Positions 36,897 to 47,325 are shown, numbered from the stretch's first letter. The stretch is 64,000 nucleotides of DNA from Chloroflexota bacterium (GCA_049325275.1 JBMOLU010000086.1:27437-91436); one strand, 5' to 3'. Numbers and translations are program-made. Notes: a model not told the origin generated them from the letters alone.

Positions 36897-37844
36897 ATGG
36901 ACCTTGGAAACCTGATCATTCTAACCGTATTTTTGATCTTACTGCTGATCGTGGCGCGCCTGGCGTTACGTATCGTTCCGGAGTACCAGCGTCTGGTTGT
37001 CTTCCGCCTGGGCAGGGTACTGGATGCGAAAGGTCCGGGCCTCGTGGTTCTGATTCCCTTTGCCGATCGGGGTGAACGTGTGGACTTACGCGAACGCTTT
37101 TTCGATGTCGAACCGCAGACCTGCATCACCAAAGACAATGCGCCGCTTTCGATCGACTTCCTGGTTTACATGAAAGTGATCAGTGCTTTGCCGTCCGTTT
37201 TGGAAGTGATCGATTTTACGGGCGCAGCGCGCGGGATTGCGATCACAACGCTGCGCGCCCTGGTTGGTGATATGCACCTGGACGATGTCCTTTCGAAGCG
37301 CGACCAGCTCAACGAGATGCTCCAAGGTAAGCTCGACGACGTTACTAACCGTTGGGGCATCAAGGTGACGGCCGTCGAAATCCGTGAGATCATCCCGCCG
37401 CGTGACATTCAAGAGGCCATGAGCCGCCAGATGTCTGCCGAGCGCTTACGCCGGGCCAAGGTGACCGAGGCAGATGGGCAACGTGAGGCTGTTGTCAAGG
37501 TGGCCGAAGGCGATAAACAGGCGCGCGTGCTGAATGCCGAAGGCGACAAACAGGCGCGTATTTTGAGTGCGGAAGGCCAGCGCCAGGCCGAGATTCAGGA
37601 AGCCGAAGGCCAGCGCCAGGCAGCCATCTTGCGGGCTGAAGGTTTTTCCCTGGCCCTGGAACGCATCCAGGCCACTGCCCAACAGGTGGGCAGTAACACG
37701 ATGAGTTTGCAATATCTCGATACGTTACGCCGAATCGGTGAAAGCCAGGCCACCAAGTTCGTCCTGCCTTTAGAACTCACCAATCTGTTGCAGCCTTTCA
37801 CGCGCCATACCGGCGAGTCTGCCCAAAACCGTGCGCAGCAGTAG
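36897..37844 (+). CDS. Stomatin/prohibitin-like SPFH-domain protein
   Basis: Classic NfeD-stomatin pair, with a coiled-coil tail. Confidence 0.85.
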   Translation: MDLGNLIILTVFLILLLIVARLALRIVPEYQRLVVFRLGRVLDAKGPGLVVLIPFADRGERVDLRERFFDVEPQTCITKDNAPLSIDFLVYMKVISALPSVLEVIDFTGAARGIAITTLRALVGDMHLDDVLSKRDQLNEMLQGKLDDVTNRWGIKVTAVEIREIIPPRDIQEAMSRQMSAERLRRAKVTEADGQREAVVKVAEGDKQARVLNAEGDKQARILSAEGQRQAEIQEAEGQRQAAILRAEGFSLALERIQATAQQVGSNTMSLQYLDTLRRIGESQATKFVLPLELTNLLQPFTRHTGESAQNRAQQ

Positions 37845-37971
37845 GTGGGGCATGAAGGCAAGAGTTTTGCGGTTTTTATGTGAAGTGTTTCCGCTTCCCG
37901 GCGGATCCGAAAAGCCAGAATGGACTGAACGGAAGGTATTGGGAGGCGGAATGTAAGGAAGATGTCGATCC

Positions 37972-38793
37972 ATGGATGAAAAACAGGTGCAGCCCGAGGT
38001 ATTGGAGGTCGAGCGCTATAAAACCTTACACGAGTTGGAAAGTTTGCTCGAGCTTCCGGTGCTCGTGCTTGGCTTTATCTGGTTGGCCCTTTTGGTGATC
38101 GAATTGGTGTGGGGATTGAATGCGTTTCTTAGCGGGTTAGTCTATGTCATTTGGGCGATCTTCATTCTGGATTTTGTCGTGCGCTTGATCCTGGCCCCGC
38201 GTAAGTTACGTTATTTGCAGTCCAACTGGCTGACGGCCGTTTCGCTTTTCATTCCGGCGTTGCGCCTCTTCAGAGTTATCCGTCTGGTTCAATTGACCCG
38301 GTTGTTGCGGGCCAGCGAGCAGCTTCGCCTGATTCGCGTGTTGGGGTCGCTCAACCGGGGCATGCGTGCCTTACGGGCGACCATGGAGCGGCGCCTGTTT
38401 GGTTACGTGGTAGCTCTGTATATTCTCGTGACCCTTGTCAGCGCGGCTGCAATGCTGGCCTTCGAGCGTGGGGCGTCGGAGGGTTTCCAGAACTACGGCG
38501 AAGCGCTCTACTGGACGGCGATGATGATGACCACGCTCGGTTCGGCGCACTGGCCGGTTTCGAGCGAGGGCAAGGTGATGGCTTTTCTGCTGGCGGTGTA
38601 TGCGTTCACCATGTTCGGCTACGTTACAGCCACCCTGGCGACTTACTTTATCGGCCGGGATGTCGAAAGCAGCGAGATTACGCAGTCAGAGTCTGCTGTG
38701 GTGGACGCATTACAGGCAGAGATCGGCGCGCTGCGTAGAGAAATTCGTGCCCTATCACGGGGAGAGCGTTTGCCGGAAGGCGGTGAGGAGTGA
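37972..38793 (+). CDS. Ion-transport-family protein (voltage-sensor-like S4 helix + pore; not a canonical K+ filter)
   Basis: LRLFRVIRLVQLTRLLR S4-like segment. Pore TTLGSAH, which is not TVGYG. Confidence 0.65.
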   Translation: MDEKQVQPEVLEVERYKTLHELESLLELPVLVLGFIWLALLVIELVWGLNAFLSGLVYVIWAIFILDFVVRLILAPRKLRYLQSNWLTAVSLFIPALRLFRVIRLVQLTRLLRASEQLRLIRVLGSLNRGMRALRATMERRLFGYVVALYILVTLVSAAAMLAFERGASEGFQNYGEALYWTAMMMTTLGSAHWPVSSEGKVMAFLLAVYAFTMFGYVTATLATYFIGRDVESSEITQSESAVVDALQAEIGALRREIRALSRGERLPEGGEE

Positions 38794-38891
38794 ACGGAAG
38801 ATGTTGCGGGGGTTTTGCACGGTTACCCAGGGAAATATCCTTTGTGCAATCGCCTGAATGGGAGTAAAATTGTCTCATTAAGGAGGCTACC

Positions 38892-39353
38892 ATGGACACC
38901 GTTTATCTATTGACCCTTTCAGTACACAACCTGTTGCGCTGGATCGTCCTGCTGGTTGGCATCGTCGTTACGGTGCGGGCCTGGCTAGGCTGGCTGGGAA
39001 AGAAGGAATGGACGGCGCGCGATCGCAAGCTGGGGGCGTTTTTTGGGATTACGTTCGACGTTCAACTGTTGTTGGGCTTGCTGCTCTACTTTGTTGTCAG
39101 CCCTTTGATGACGGAGACGATCCTGCCCAATTTCGGCGCCGCCATGCAAAACGGCGCCCTGCGCTTTTTTGCCATCGAACACATTGTGATGGGCATCCTG
39201 GCTTTGGTCTTCGCCCACTTGGGCAGCGTGCTGGCGAAGCGGGCGAAGGATTCGACTGCCAAATACCGTACGGCGGCGATCTGGTTCACGCTGGCTTTGC
39301 TCGTCCTGCTGGCGGCGATTCCCTGGTCCAGGCCGCTGCTCCGGTTGGGATAA
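38892..39353 (+). CDS. Hypothetical membrane protein (4 TM)
   Basis: Hydrophobicity only. Confidence 0.45.
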   Translation: MDTVYLLTLSVHNLLRWIVLLVGIVVTVRAWLGWLGKKEWTARDRKLGAFFGITFDVQLLLGLLLYFVVSPLMTETILPNFGAAMQNGALRFFAIEHIVMGILALVFAHLGSVLAKRAKDSTAKYRTAAIWFTLALLVLLAAIPWSRPLLRLG

Positions 39354-39376
39354 CTCTGGCTTTCAGGCGCAGATTT

Positions 39377-39441
39377 TGCGGGTTGAAGCGCAAACGGCAG
39401 TAAACGCGTGTTTGCAAGTGGTAAAACCCGCTTTTTCTCTA
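39377..39441. terminator. Long hairpin (gcgggtt...aacccgc) followed by tttttctc; terminator between convergent genes
   Basis: Stem plus a T-tract. Confidence 0.4.
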
Positions 39442-39467
39442 TTAAGTATCCTCCTGATGCCAACAGC

Positions 39468-40385
39468 CTATCCGGGGGCATGCGCTATGATGAGGATGTG
39501 TTCTGTTGGAAAATCGATGCCGGGGGTTTCGATTTCCACTTCGCTGCGCCACTTCTCTTCGTTGATGGTTGAGGTGCATAGCTGTTCAACGGCCAGTCCC
39601 AATTTGTCAAAGGCTGTGCGAAACTCGGTTTCGTTGAAATATTGATAGCTCTCCAGGCGTTCGGTGCGCCAGAGGTGCTTTTCGAGAAAGATGGATTTCG
39701 TGACATAGCGGGTGAAGTCACGTTGCGTGAGTTGCACACGTAAGGGGTCGCCGGTTTCGTGAAAGGTGATGCGAAAGGGACGGTATTCCTGGGCAAAGCC
39801 GTCAAACCGGCGGCGGGCGTGCCCGTGCTGAAAACGGATTTGCACGGGCCGTCGCATATCCTCAGATGGTTCCAGGCCATCGAAGAGCACCATATAGCCA
39901 CCCGGTTCCAGGCGTGCGGCAGCTTCTGCAAGTGCCTGGAGTACACGTTGTTTGGCAGGTAATATATCGATTTCGCCAAGCTTGGGCGAATAAGCGGCCG
40001 AAAAGACTTCGTGCAAGGCATTGACCAGCAGCAGTACAGCGAATTTCCCCAGACCAGACATAAACCTTGCGTCGGTAAAATCGCCGCGTAGAAAGGTCAT
40101 TTGTTGTGGATAGCGTCGCTGACACTGTTCGATGGCTGGGTAAGAGTAATCAATACCGCAGGACGTGTGCATGCCCGGCAACTCGCCGTGGGCCTGAACC
40201 AGTGCTCCGATGATTTGGCCGTTACCGCAGCCCAACTCGAGCAGGCGAATCGGCCGGCCGGGTTCTTCACCCATGGCGCGCACCAGACGCGAAGCAGCAA
40301 GGATGGCTTCCCGTTTTCCCAGGTCTTCCATTTCTTGCAGGCGGGTTTCCCAATAAAATTCCCAAAACTCGGTGTCTTTTGGCAT
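39468..40385 (-). CDS. Class I SAM-dependent methyltransferase
   Basis: LLELGCGNGQ motif I. Confidence 0.7.
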   Translation of the reverse strand: MPKDTEFWEFYWETRLQEMEDLGKREAILAASRLVRAMGEEPGRPIRLLELGCGNGQIIGALVQAHGELPGMHTSCGIDYSYPAIEQCQRRYPQQMTFLRGDFTDARFMSGLGKFAVLLLVNALHEVFSAAYSPKLGEIDILPAKQRVLQALAEAAARLEPGGYMVLFDGLEPSEDMRRPVQIRFQHGHARRRFDGFAQEYRPFRITFHETGDPLRVQLTQRDFTRYVTKSIFLEKHLWRTERLESYQYFNETEFRTAFDKLGLAVEQLCTSTINEEKWRSEVEIETPGIDFPTEHILIIAHAPG

Positions 40386-40489
40386 GCCCGTATTCTACCG
40401 TGCCCGCCGCGCTTTTGCAGGATATATTTGTATGGCGCTTTCAACGCACACCGTTTGCCCGGCGCGGACTCGACCGGCAAAGTTCCGTT

Positions 40490-42937
40490 TTACTGCGTTT
40501 GCTCGTATAACTGACTGTAAATGTTGAACATCTCGTAAATGGCACGGATATAGCGTTTCGGCTCGTCGAGGCGGATGATTTCGAGCAGCAGGTCGGGGTC
40601 GCCGTTGGCCAGGTTGTACCAGATGGCGGCATTGCCAGGACCGGCATTGTAAGCGGCCAGGGCGGCGTAGAGATCGCCGTTGAAATACTGGCGTTGTTGG
40701 TCCAGGTAGCGCAATCCCAACCGGGTGCTGACCAGCGGGCGGTAAAGATCGTCGGGACGGAAGTTTTCGGGCCAGCCGAGTTGGGTGGCCAACGCCTGGC
40801 CGGTTTGCGGCATGATCTGCATCAGGCCGAGCGCTCCGGCAGAGGAGCCGATGAACGGTTCGAAGAAGCTTTCCTGGCGCATGGCGCTCCAAACGAACAG
40901 GGGGTGCAAATTGGTTTCCTGGCTGTGGGGAATGACCAGATCGGCATAATAAGGCCCAAAACGGACGTGATTGAACAGGCGCGGCGCATCGAGCGTGGCG
41001 GCGTCGCCCATGCCGGCGAGGGTCAACACGCCGCGGGCGGCGTAGATTGCCGAACGATACAGTCCGATGTTGTAAAAGTAGTTCATCAGGCGGTACGTGT
41101 CGGCGGGATCGCTTTCCACGGAAATGCGCAGGCTCTCGAATTCGGCGCTGGCGTTATCGTGCAGGCCGAGGCGCCAGTATTCGTTGCCGCGCAGCATGCG
41201 CGGATCGGAAGCCAGCGCGCCCAAGTCGGCCAAATTCGCCCCGGCATCGATCTGGAAAGCCTGCCGCAGCCAGGCCTCAGCCTCCTGGCGTTCGGCGTTC
41301 CAGTCGATCCCCAGGTTGAATTGAGACGGCGCTGAGAAGGGGGCGCGATCGGCCAGCAAGTCGCGGGCACGTTCGCTGTAGTAGCCGGTCGGATCGAGGC
41401 CGGCGGCCATGCTCCAGGAGGAACGGGCGGAATCTTCGTTTCCTTCGGCTTTGAAGGTTTTGCCGATCCACAGGTACAGGGCAGATTGATCGCCGATCGT
41501 TGGTGCAACCTCGTAGGCTTTCAAGAAGGCGTCACGAGCGGTGGGGTAGTTCGCCAGGCGATACGAGGCGATGCCTTTTTGAAACAAGGACTTGTAACGG
41601 TAACCCGAAGCGGGATAGTTGGCGGCGACCTGGTCCCAGATCATGATCGCCCCCAACAGGTTGCCGGCCCGTTCGGCCACGGTGGCGGCATCGTAGAGAA
41701 ACTCTGCTGAGCGGGGGTGTTCAGCGCGGGTGGCAACGAAATCGAGCAGCGTTTGCCGGGCGGTTTCGTAATCGTCCTGGTAAGCCCACTGCGTGTAGGC
41801 TTTCATTTCCCAGGCCTCGTCCCAATACTCGCTGTTGGGATGGCTCTCGATGACGGCGTCCCATTCCGGGATGGCTTCGTAGTAATTGCCCAGCTTGTAA
41901 AGCGACATGCCCTTGAAATAGTGGGCGGTGGCCGGGTCCACGGGGTTGGCTTCGAGATAGCGGTCGAAAGCCAGGCCGGCCACGGCATATTCGCCGGCGT
42001 GATAGTCGACGATGCCGCGCTGGAGTTCATCAACCGGATATTCGGCGTCGATCAACTCGATTAGCGACAGGTAGGAACTGTATGCGAAGGGATAGTGATT
42101 GACTGCATCGAGGTAATACGACGCAGCCTGATCGGTCTCGCCGATGGCGGCGTGCGCCTGCCCGCGCAGATAGTCGATCTGGGCACGGGTGTAGCCATCT
42201 TCGGCGCGTTGGTAGAGATCGGTGTACATGATGATGGCGGTCGGAATGTCCCCCGTGATGGCATAAGTGCGGGCGATCTTGATTTCCAGCAAGAAGGGCG
42301 TGTTCAGGCGGGGGCTGTTGAAGGCGGCCAGGTAGTCTTTCAGGGCAGAAGGATAGTCCCCACCGGCGAAGAGGGCGTCGCCGCGCAGTTCGTACAGGTA
42401 AGCGTCGATTACCCCCGAACGCAGCGCCAGGTAATTCAGGTAGGCGTCGGCGGCTTCGAGATAGCGGGTGAGCGCCTCGTAGGCCTGGCCGAGAAAGAAG
42501 TAGGCATCCGGTGCGGCTGCCGACTGGGGAAAGCGCTCGACAAGATCGCGTAGTGTATTGAGAGCGCTGTGATAATCGCCGAGCAAATAATAGACCCGTC
42601 CCAAGCCCAATTGGGCGGCGGCCTGCACGTCTGCATCGCCGCGGCCGGCGGCGGCATCGCGCGCTTTTTGGAATTCGGCCTGCGCCGTCTCCCAGTCGCC
42701 GTTGAAGAGTGCCTGGTCGGCTGCGGCGAGCTCTGCCGACGGGCTGTCGGGCGTCGGCGGCGCAGCGGTGACCGTTGGCAGCGCTGGTGGGGGGATGGTT
42801 GGCTCAGCTTGGGTAGGGGCGAGCGTTGGCCCCGAAGTCGGTGGCGGCTGAATGGTTGGCTGTGGGGTGCTTTGAAAGGGTAAGGTGCAGGCGGCTGCCA
42901 GGCCCGCCAGCAGCAGGAGAAGCAGGATTTTCTTCAT
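40490..42937 (-). CDS. Lytic murein transglycosylase (SLT domain) with a large N-terminal TPR/superhelical domain; lipoprotein
   Basis: Lipobox LAAAC. GLMQIMPQTG SLT motif. Numerous TPR-like repeats. Confidence 0.8.
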   Translation of the reverse strand: MKKILLLLLLAGLAAACTLPFQSTPQPTIQPPPTSGPTLAPTQAEPTIPPPALPTVTAAPPTPDSPSAELAAADQALFNGDWETAQAEFQKARDAAAGRGDADVQAAAQLGLGRVYYLLGDYHSALNTLRDLVERFPQSAAAPDAYFFLGQAYEALTRYLEAADAYLNYLALRSGVIDAYLYELRGDALFAGGDYPSALKDYLAAFNSPRLNTPFLLEIKIARTYAITGDIPTAIIMYTDLYQRAEDGYTRAQIDYLRGQAHAAIGETDQAASYYLDAVNHYPFAYSSYLSLIELIDAEYPVDELQRGIVDYHAGEYAVAGLAFDRYLEANPVDPATAHYFKGMSLYKLGNYYEAIPEWDAVIESHPNSEYWDEAWEMKAYTQWAYQDDYETARQTLLDFVATRAEHPRSAEFLYDAATVAERAGNLLGAIMIWDQVAANYPASGYRYKSLFQKGIASYRLANYPTARDAFLKAYEVAPTIGDQSALYLWIGKTFKAEGNEDSARSSWSMAAGLDPTGYYSERARDLLADRAPFSAPSQFNLGIDWNAERQEAEAWLRQAFQIDAGANLADLGALASDPRMLRGNEYWRLGLHDNASAEFESLRISVESDPADTYRLMNYFYNIGLYRSAIYAARGVLTLAGMGDAATLDAPRLFNHVRFGPYYADLVIPHSQETNLHPLFVWSAMRQESFFEPFIGSSAGALGLMQIMPQTGQALATQLGWPENFRPDDLYRPLVSTRLGLRYLDQQRQYFNGDLYAALAAYNAGPGNAAIWYNLANGDPDLLLEIIRLDEPKRYIRAIYEMFNIYSQLYEQTQ

Positions 42938-42994
42938 GGAGGCAATATAACCGAGGGCAAAAGGGCTGTCAATGTTCGCGGCGCTGCGCAGCTA

Positions 42995-43022
42995 TTGACA
43001 GGTGCGCAGCGCGGTTTATAAT
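42995..43022 (+). promoter_or_regulatory. Consensus sigma-70 promoter (TTGACA-16-TATAAT) for the MarR-ABC operon
   Basis: ttgaca at 42995-43000 and tataat at 43017-43022. Confidence 0.6.
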
Positions 43023-43078
43023 TAGCCGGCTAATAATTAGCTGACTAACTATAACCGGCTAATTATAAACCGGCTAAC
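43022..43078. promoter_or_regulatory. Operator-like palindromes (TTAGCCGGCTAA and two AACCGGCTAA half-site repeats) overlapping or just downstream of the -10
   Basis: Perfect 12-bp palindrome plus direct repeats in an AT-rich stretch. Likely MarR autoregulatory site. Confidence 0.5.
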
Positions 43079-43098
43079 TGATTTGGAGAGATTCGCCC

Positions 43099-43563
43099 AT
43101 GAACGCTCCCCCAGAACCCCAGATGCTCGATTTTTTGCTGGCCCAGGTTTCGCGCCTGCATCATGCACGTGTCCACCAGTTGCTGGAAGCAATTGGCCTG
43201 TACCGCGGCCAGCCGCGCGTACTGCACATCCTTTGGAAGCAGGATGGCCTGACCCACAAGGAACTGGCGGCGATCATGCAAATTACCCCGGCAACGATCA
43301 CCCGTATGCTCCAGCGCATGGAGAGGGCCGGGTTCGTGCAGCGCCGCCTCGACCCGTCTGACCAGCGCGTTTCACGCGTCTACCTGACCGAAGCGGGGTG
43401 GGCTGTCCGCGAGCAGGTCGAGATCACCTGGCGGCGGATGGAATGCGACGATTTTGCCGGTTTCTCGCCCGATGAACTGGTCACCTTGCGTGGTTTCTTG
43501 CAGCGCATTCGCACCAACTTGACGCGCGCCATTGCCGCGAACGATCAGGAAAGCAGCGTATGA
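43099..43563 (+). CDS. MarR-family transcriptional regulator
   Basis: Winged-helix MarR motifs. Stop overlaps the ABC start. Confidence 0.85.
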   Translation: MNAPPEPQMLDFLLAQVSRLHHARVHQLLEAIGLYRGQPRVLHILWKQDGLTHKELAAIMQITPATITRMLQRMERAGFVQRRLDPSDQRVSRVYLTEAGWAVREQVEITWRRMECDDFAGFSPDELVTLRGFLQRIRTNLTRAIAANDQESSV

Positions 43564-45290
43564 GCTCGATCCGCAAGATTTCTTATTTTCTCAAACCTTA
43601 CTGGCACTGGGCCGTCCTGGCGCCGCTGATGATGCTGTTCGAAGTGGTCATGGATTTGCTCCAGCCTCGCCTGGTGCAGCGCATTGTCGATGAAGGGATA
43701 GCGCACCTGGACATGCACGTGGTGATCCAGACCGGCCTGTGGATGGTGGTCGTTGCTTTTGGCGGCGCCGTAGGCGGGGTCGGTTGTACGATCTTTGCCA
43801 TGCTGGCCTCGCAGGGTTTCGGCGCCGACTTGCGCAGCGCCATGTTCCGCAAGGTACAGTCGCTTTCCTTCGGTAACCTGGACGAGTTGGAAACCGGCCA
43901 GATCATTACCCGCCTGACGAACGACGTTACCCAGGTACAGGAGGTGGTGGCGATGCTGCTGCGCATCATGGTGCGCGCCCCGTTGACTTTGATCGGCAGC
44001 CTGATCATGGCCTTTCTCACCAGCCCGCGCCTGTCGTTGATCTTTTTGGCCGTGTCGCCGTTCGTCGGCTTCCTGGTGTGGTGGGTGATCGGCAGGGCTT
44101 ATCCGATGTTCGGCCGGGTGCAGCGCAGGCTCGACGATCTGAACTCGGTCTTGCAGGAAAACCTGGCCGGGATACGGGTGGTGAAGGCTTTTGCGCGAGC
44201 AGATTATGAGGTTGGGCGCTTTGGGCGTGTCAACGATAATTTGATGGACGAGACGATCCGCGCCGCCCGTGTGCTGGCCGTGACCTCACCGGGGATGATG
44301 GTGGCCGTCAACTTGGGGGTCGTGGCGGCGATCTGGTTCGGGGGGGTGCAAATCACGCAGGGGGGCATGCAAACCGGCCAGTTGATCGCCTTCATCACCT
44401 ACCTGATGCGGGCCTTAGGTTCGCTGATGATGGTCAGTATGTTACTGATGCGCCTGGCGCGTGCCCAGGCTTCGGCCGACCGCATCCAGGAAGTTATGGA
44501 AAGCGTCCCCAAGATTCGGCCGCCCGTCTCCGCGCACCAGGGCATTGCCGGGCGCGGGCGTATCACCTTCGAAGGGGTCACCTTTTCCTACGGCGATGGA
44601 AAAGACCCCGTGCTGAAGAATATCAACCTGACGGCCGAGCCGGGGCAGCGCGTGGCGATTTTGGGGGCTACGGGGGCGGGAAAATCGAGCCTGATCCATT
44701 TGATCCCGCGTTTTTACGATGTCAGCGCCGGCCGCATCTGCTTGGATGGGGTAGATGTGCGCCAGATCGACGAGGCTGCGCTGCGGCGCAGCATCGGCGT
44801 GGCCTTGCAGGAAGCGATCCTGTTCAGCGGCACCATTCGTGACAACATCCGTTACGGCAGGCCCGATGCCGCCGATGAGGACGTAGTCGCCGCGGCGAAA
44901 GCGGCTCAGGCGCACGACTTTATCCAGGGTTTTCCTCAAGGCTACGATACGCTCGTCGGGCAGCGCGGCGTCAACCTTTCTGGCGGGCAGAAGCAGCGCC
45001 TGGCGATCGCACGTGCGCTGCTGACCCGCCCGACCGTCCTGATCCTCGACGACAGCACCAGCGCTGTGGATGTGGAGACGGAAAGCCGCATCGAGCAGGC
45101 CCTCGAGACCTGCCTCAACGGCTCGACGCGCCTCGTCATCGCTCAGCGCATCAGCACGGTGCTCAACGCCGACAAGATCGTCGTGCTCGAAGATGGTGCG
45201 ATCGCCGCCGAAGGCAGGCACGCCGATTTGCTGGCCTCCAGCCCGATTTATCGCGAAATCTACGATTCACAGCTTGGTAATGGACATTAG
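43560..45290 (+). CDS. ABC exporter permease/ATPase, subunit 1 of a heterodimeric pair
   Basis: Walker A GATGAGKSS, LSGGQKQR. Confidence 0.85.
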   Translation: MSSIRKISYFLKPYWHWAVLAPLMMLFEVVMDLLQPRLVQRIVDEGIAHLDMHVVIQTGLWMVVVAFGGAVGGVGCTIFAMLASQGFGADLRSAMFRKVQSLSFGNLDELETGQIITRLTNDVTQVQEVVAMLLRIMVRAPLTLIGSLIMAFLTSPRLSLIFLAVSPFVGFLVWWVIGRAYPMFGRVQRRLDDLNSVLQENLAGIRVVKAFARADYEVGRFGRVNDNLMDETIRAARVLAVTSPGMMVAVNLGVVAAIWFGGVQITQGGMQTGQLIAFITYLMRALGSLMMVSMLLMRLARAQASADRIQEVMESVPKIRPPVSAHQGIAGRGRITFEGVTFSYGDGKDPVLKNINLTAEPGQRVAILGATGAGKSSLIHLIPRFYDVSAGRICLDGVDVRQIDEAALRRSIGVALQEAILFSGTIRDNIRYGRPDAADEDVVAAAKAAQAHDFIQGFPQGYDTLVGQRGVNLSGGQKQRLAIARALLTRPTVLILDDSTSAVDVETESRIEQALETCLNGSTRLVIAQRISTVLNADKIVVLEDGAIAAEGRHADLLASSPIYREIYDSQLGNGH

Positions 45291-45292
45291 GT

Positions 45293-47155
45293 ATGGAACG
45301 TAAACCATTTTCTTCACAACCTGCCGTCGCTTCCCCAGCACGCGGCCCCGGTGGGCCGGGCGGCGGGCCGGCTGCGTGGATGGTGCGCTCGCCGGAGCGC
45401 GCCAAAGATCGCCGCGGCACGCTGGCGCGCTTGTGGGGTTATTTGCGCCACCAGGGCCGGGCGTTGGTAGCCGTTTTGCTGCTCGTGCTTGCCACCTCGG
45501 GCATGGATTTGCTTTCGCCGTACATCCTGGGCCTGGCCATCGACGAGTTCATTCTCAAAAACAACCTGCCCGGCCTGGCGTGTCTTGGGGTGTTGATGAT
45601 CGGTCTGTACCTGGTGGGGGCCTTGCTGACCTGGGTACAGGCTTACCTGATGGCCGCAGTTGCGCAGCGTACGGTGCGTGATATCCGCAATGATCTCTTC
45701 ATCCACTTCCAGGCCCTTCCGCTGCGTTACATCGATCAGCGCACTCACGGTGAGCTGATGAGCCGTTTGACCAACGACGTGGAAAACGTCAGCGCGGTGC
45801 TCAACGAAAGCGTGACGCAACTGGTTGCCAGCATGGTCGGCATCGTCGGCGTGGCGGCAGTGATGTTTGCGATCAATGTGCGCCTGGCTATCGTTAGCCT
45901 GATCACCCTGCCGATGATGGCCTTCATCAGCCAGTGGGTGGCCAAGCGCACCCGGCGCGGTTTCCGCGACCAGCAGGAATTCCTGGGAAACCTGAACGGC
46001 ATCATCGAGGAAACCGTTACCGGGCAGCGGGTCGTCAAAGCTTACGGCCGCGAAACGGACGTGATTGCCCACTTCGACGTGACGAATCACAGGCTGCGCC
46101 GGGCGGCCACGCGCGCCCAGACTTTCGCCGGTTTGCTTGGGCCGATGTCGAATTTCGTCAACAACCTGGGCTTTGCCATCGTTGCCGGCGCGGGCGGATG
46201 GATGGCCGTGCGCGGCCTGGCGACCGTCGGCACGATCGCCAGCTTCGTCAACTACGCCCGCCAGTTTTCGATGCCGATCAACCAGATCGCCAACCTGTAC
46301 AATACGATCCAATCGGCCTTGGCCGGGGCGGAACGTATCTTCCAGGTCATCGACGAAGCGCCGGAGCCGGTAGACGCCCCAGATGCGTTGGCGTTGTCCC
46401 GGCTGCGCGGCGAAGTGGTCTTCGAAAATGTGTGCTTTGGTTACAACCCCGACGTGCCCGTGCTGAAAAACGTCAACCTGCATGCCCGGCCCGGCCAGAC
46501 GATCGCCCTGGTGGGGCCAACGGGCGCCGGCAAGACGACCATTGTCAACCTGCTCAGCCGTTTTTACGACGTCGACCGGGGGCGCATCTCGATCGATGGT
46601 ATCGAAATCGGCCGCTACCGCAAGGCCGACCTGCGCCGCACCTTGGGCATCGTGCTGCAAGATACCTATCTGTTTGCCGGTACGGTAATGGAGAACATCC
46701 GTTACGGCCGCCTGGAGGCCGGCGACGAAGACGTGATCGCCGCCGCCCGCCTGGCCAACGCCGATCAGTTCATTCACCGCTTGCCGCTGGGCTACGACAC
46801 GCCGCTTTCGGAGCGGGGCAGCAACCTCAGCCAGGGGCAGCGCCAGTTGCTGGCGATTGCGCGTGCCATCCTGGCCGACCCGGGGATTCTGATCCTCGAC
46901 GAGGCCACCAGCAGCGTCGATACGCGTACCGAGCAGCACATCCAGCAGGCCATGCTGCGCCTGATGCAGGGCCGCACGTCCTTTGTGATCGCCCACCGCT
47001 TGAGCACGATCCGCCAGGCAGATCAAATTTTGGTGATCGACCACGGTGAGATCGTCGAGCGTGGCCGGCACAAAGACCTGCTGGCGGCGAAGGGCTTTTA
47101 TTGGGCGCTCTACACCAGCCAGTTTAAGGGGCAGTTGCACGCTGTGCCCGGTTAG
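45293..47155 (+). CDS. ABC exporter permease/ATPase, subunit 2 of a heterodimeric pair
   Basis: Walker A GPTGAGKTT, LSQGQRQL. Confidence 0.85.
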   Translation: MERKPFSSQPAVASPARGPGGPGGGPAAWMVRSPERAKDRRGTLARLWGYLRHQGRALVAVLLLVLATSGMDLLSPYILGLAIDEFILKNNLPGLACLGVLMIGLYLVGALLTWVQAYLMAAVAQRTVRDIRNDLFIHFQALPLRYIDQRTHGELMSRLTNDVENVSAVLNESVTQLVASMVGIVGVAAVMFAINVRLAIVSLITLPMMAFISQWVAKRTRRGFRDQQEFLGNLNGIIEETVTGQRVVKAYGRETDVIAHFDVTNHRLRRAATRAQTFAGLLGPMSNFVNNLGFAIVAGAGGWMAVRGLATVGTIASFVNYARQFSMPINQIANLYNTIQSALAGAERIFQVIDEAPEPVDAPDALALSRLRGEVVFENVCFGYNPDVPVLKNVNLHARPGQTIALVGPTGAGKTTIVNLLSRFYDVDRGRISIDGIEIGRYRKADLRRTLGIVLQDTYLFAGTVMENIRYGRLEAGDEDVIAAARLANADQFIHRLPLGYDTPLSERGSNLSQGQRQLLAIARAILADPGILILDEATSSVDTRTEQHIQQAMLRLMQGRTSFVIAHRLSTIRQADQILVIDHGEIVERGRHKDLLAAKGFYWALYTSQFKGQLHAVPG

Positions 47156-47325
47156 GCGCCGCCGATTGTGACGTGGGCGATCGTACCTGGCAGGCATTAA
47201 AATTCTGGATAGTCCTATCACAACCTGCACTGCTAACCCGCATAAGCCAGAACCGCACGGTTCTGGCGGAATGTATAGGGTGGACCTAATGTTGATGGTA
47301 ATGCGTACCACCGGCCTGGTCTGTT

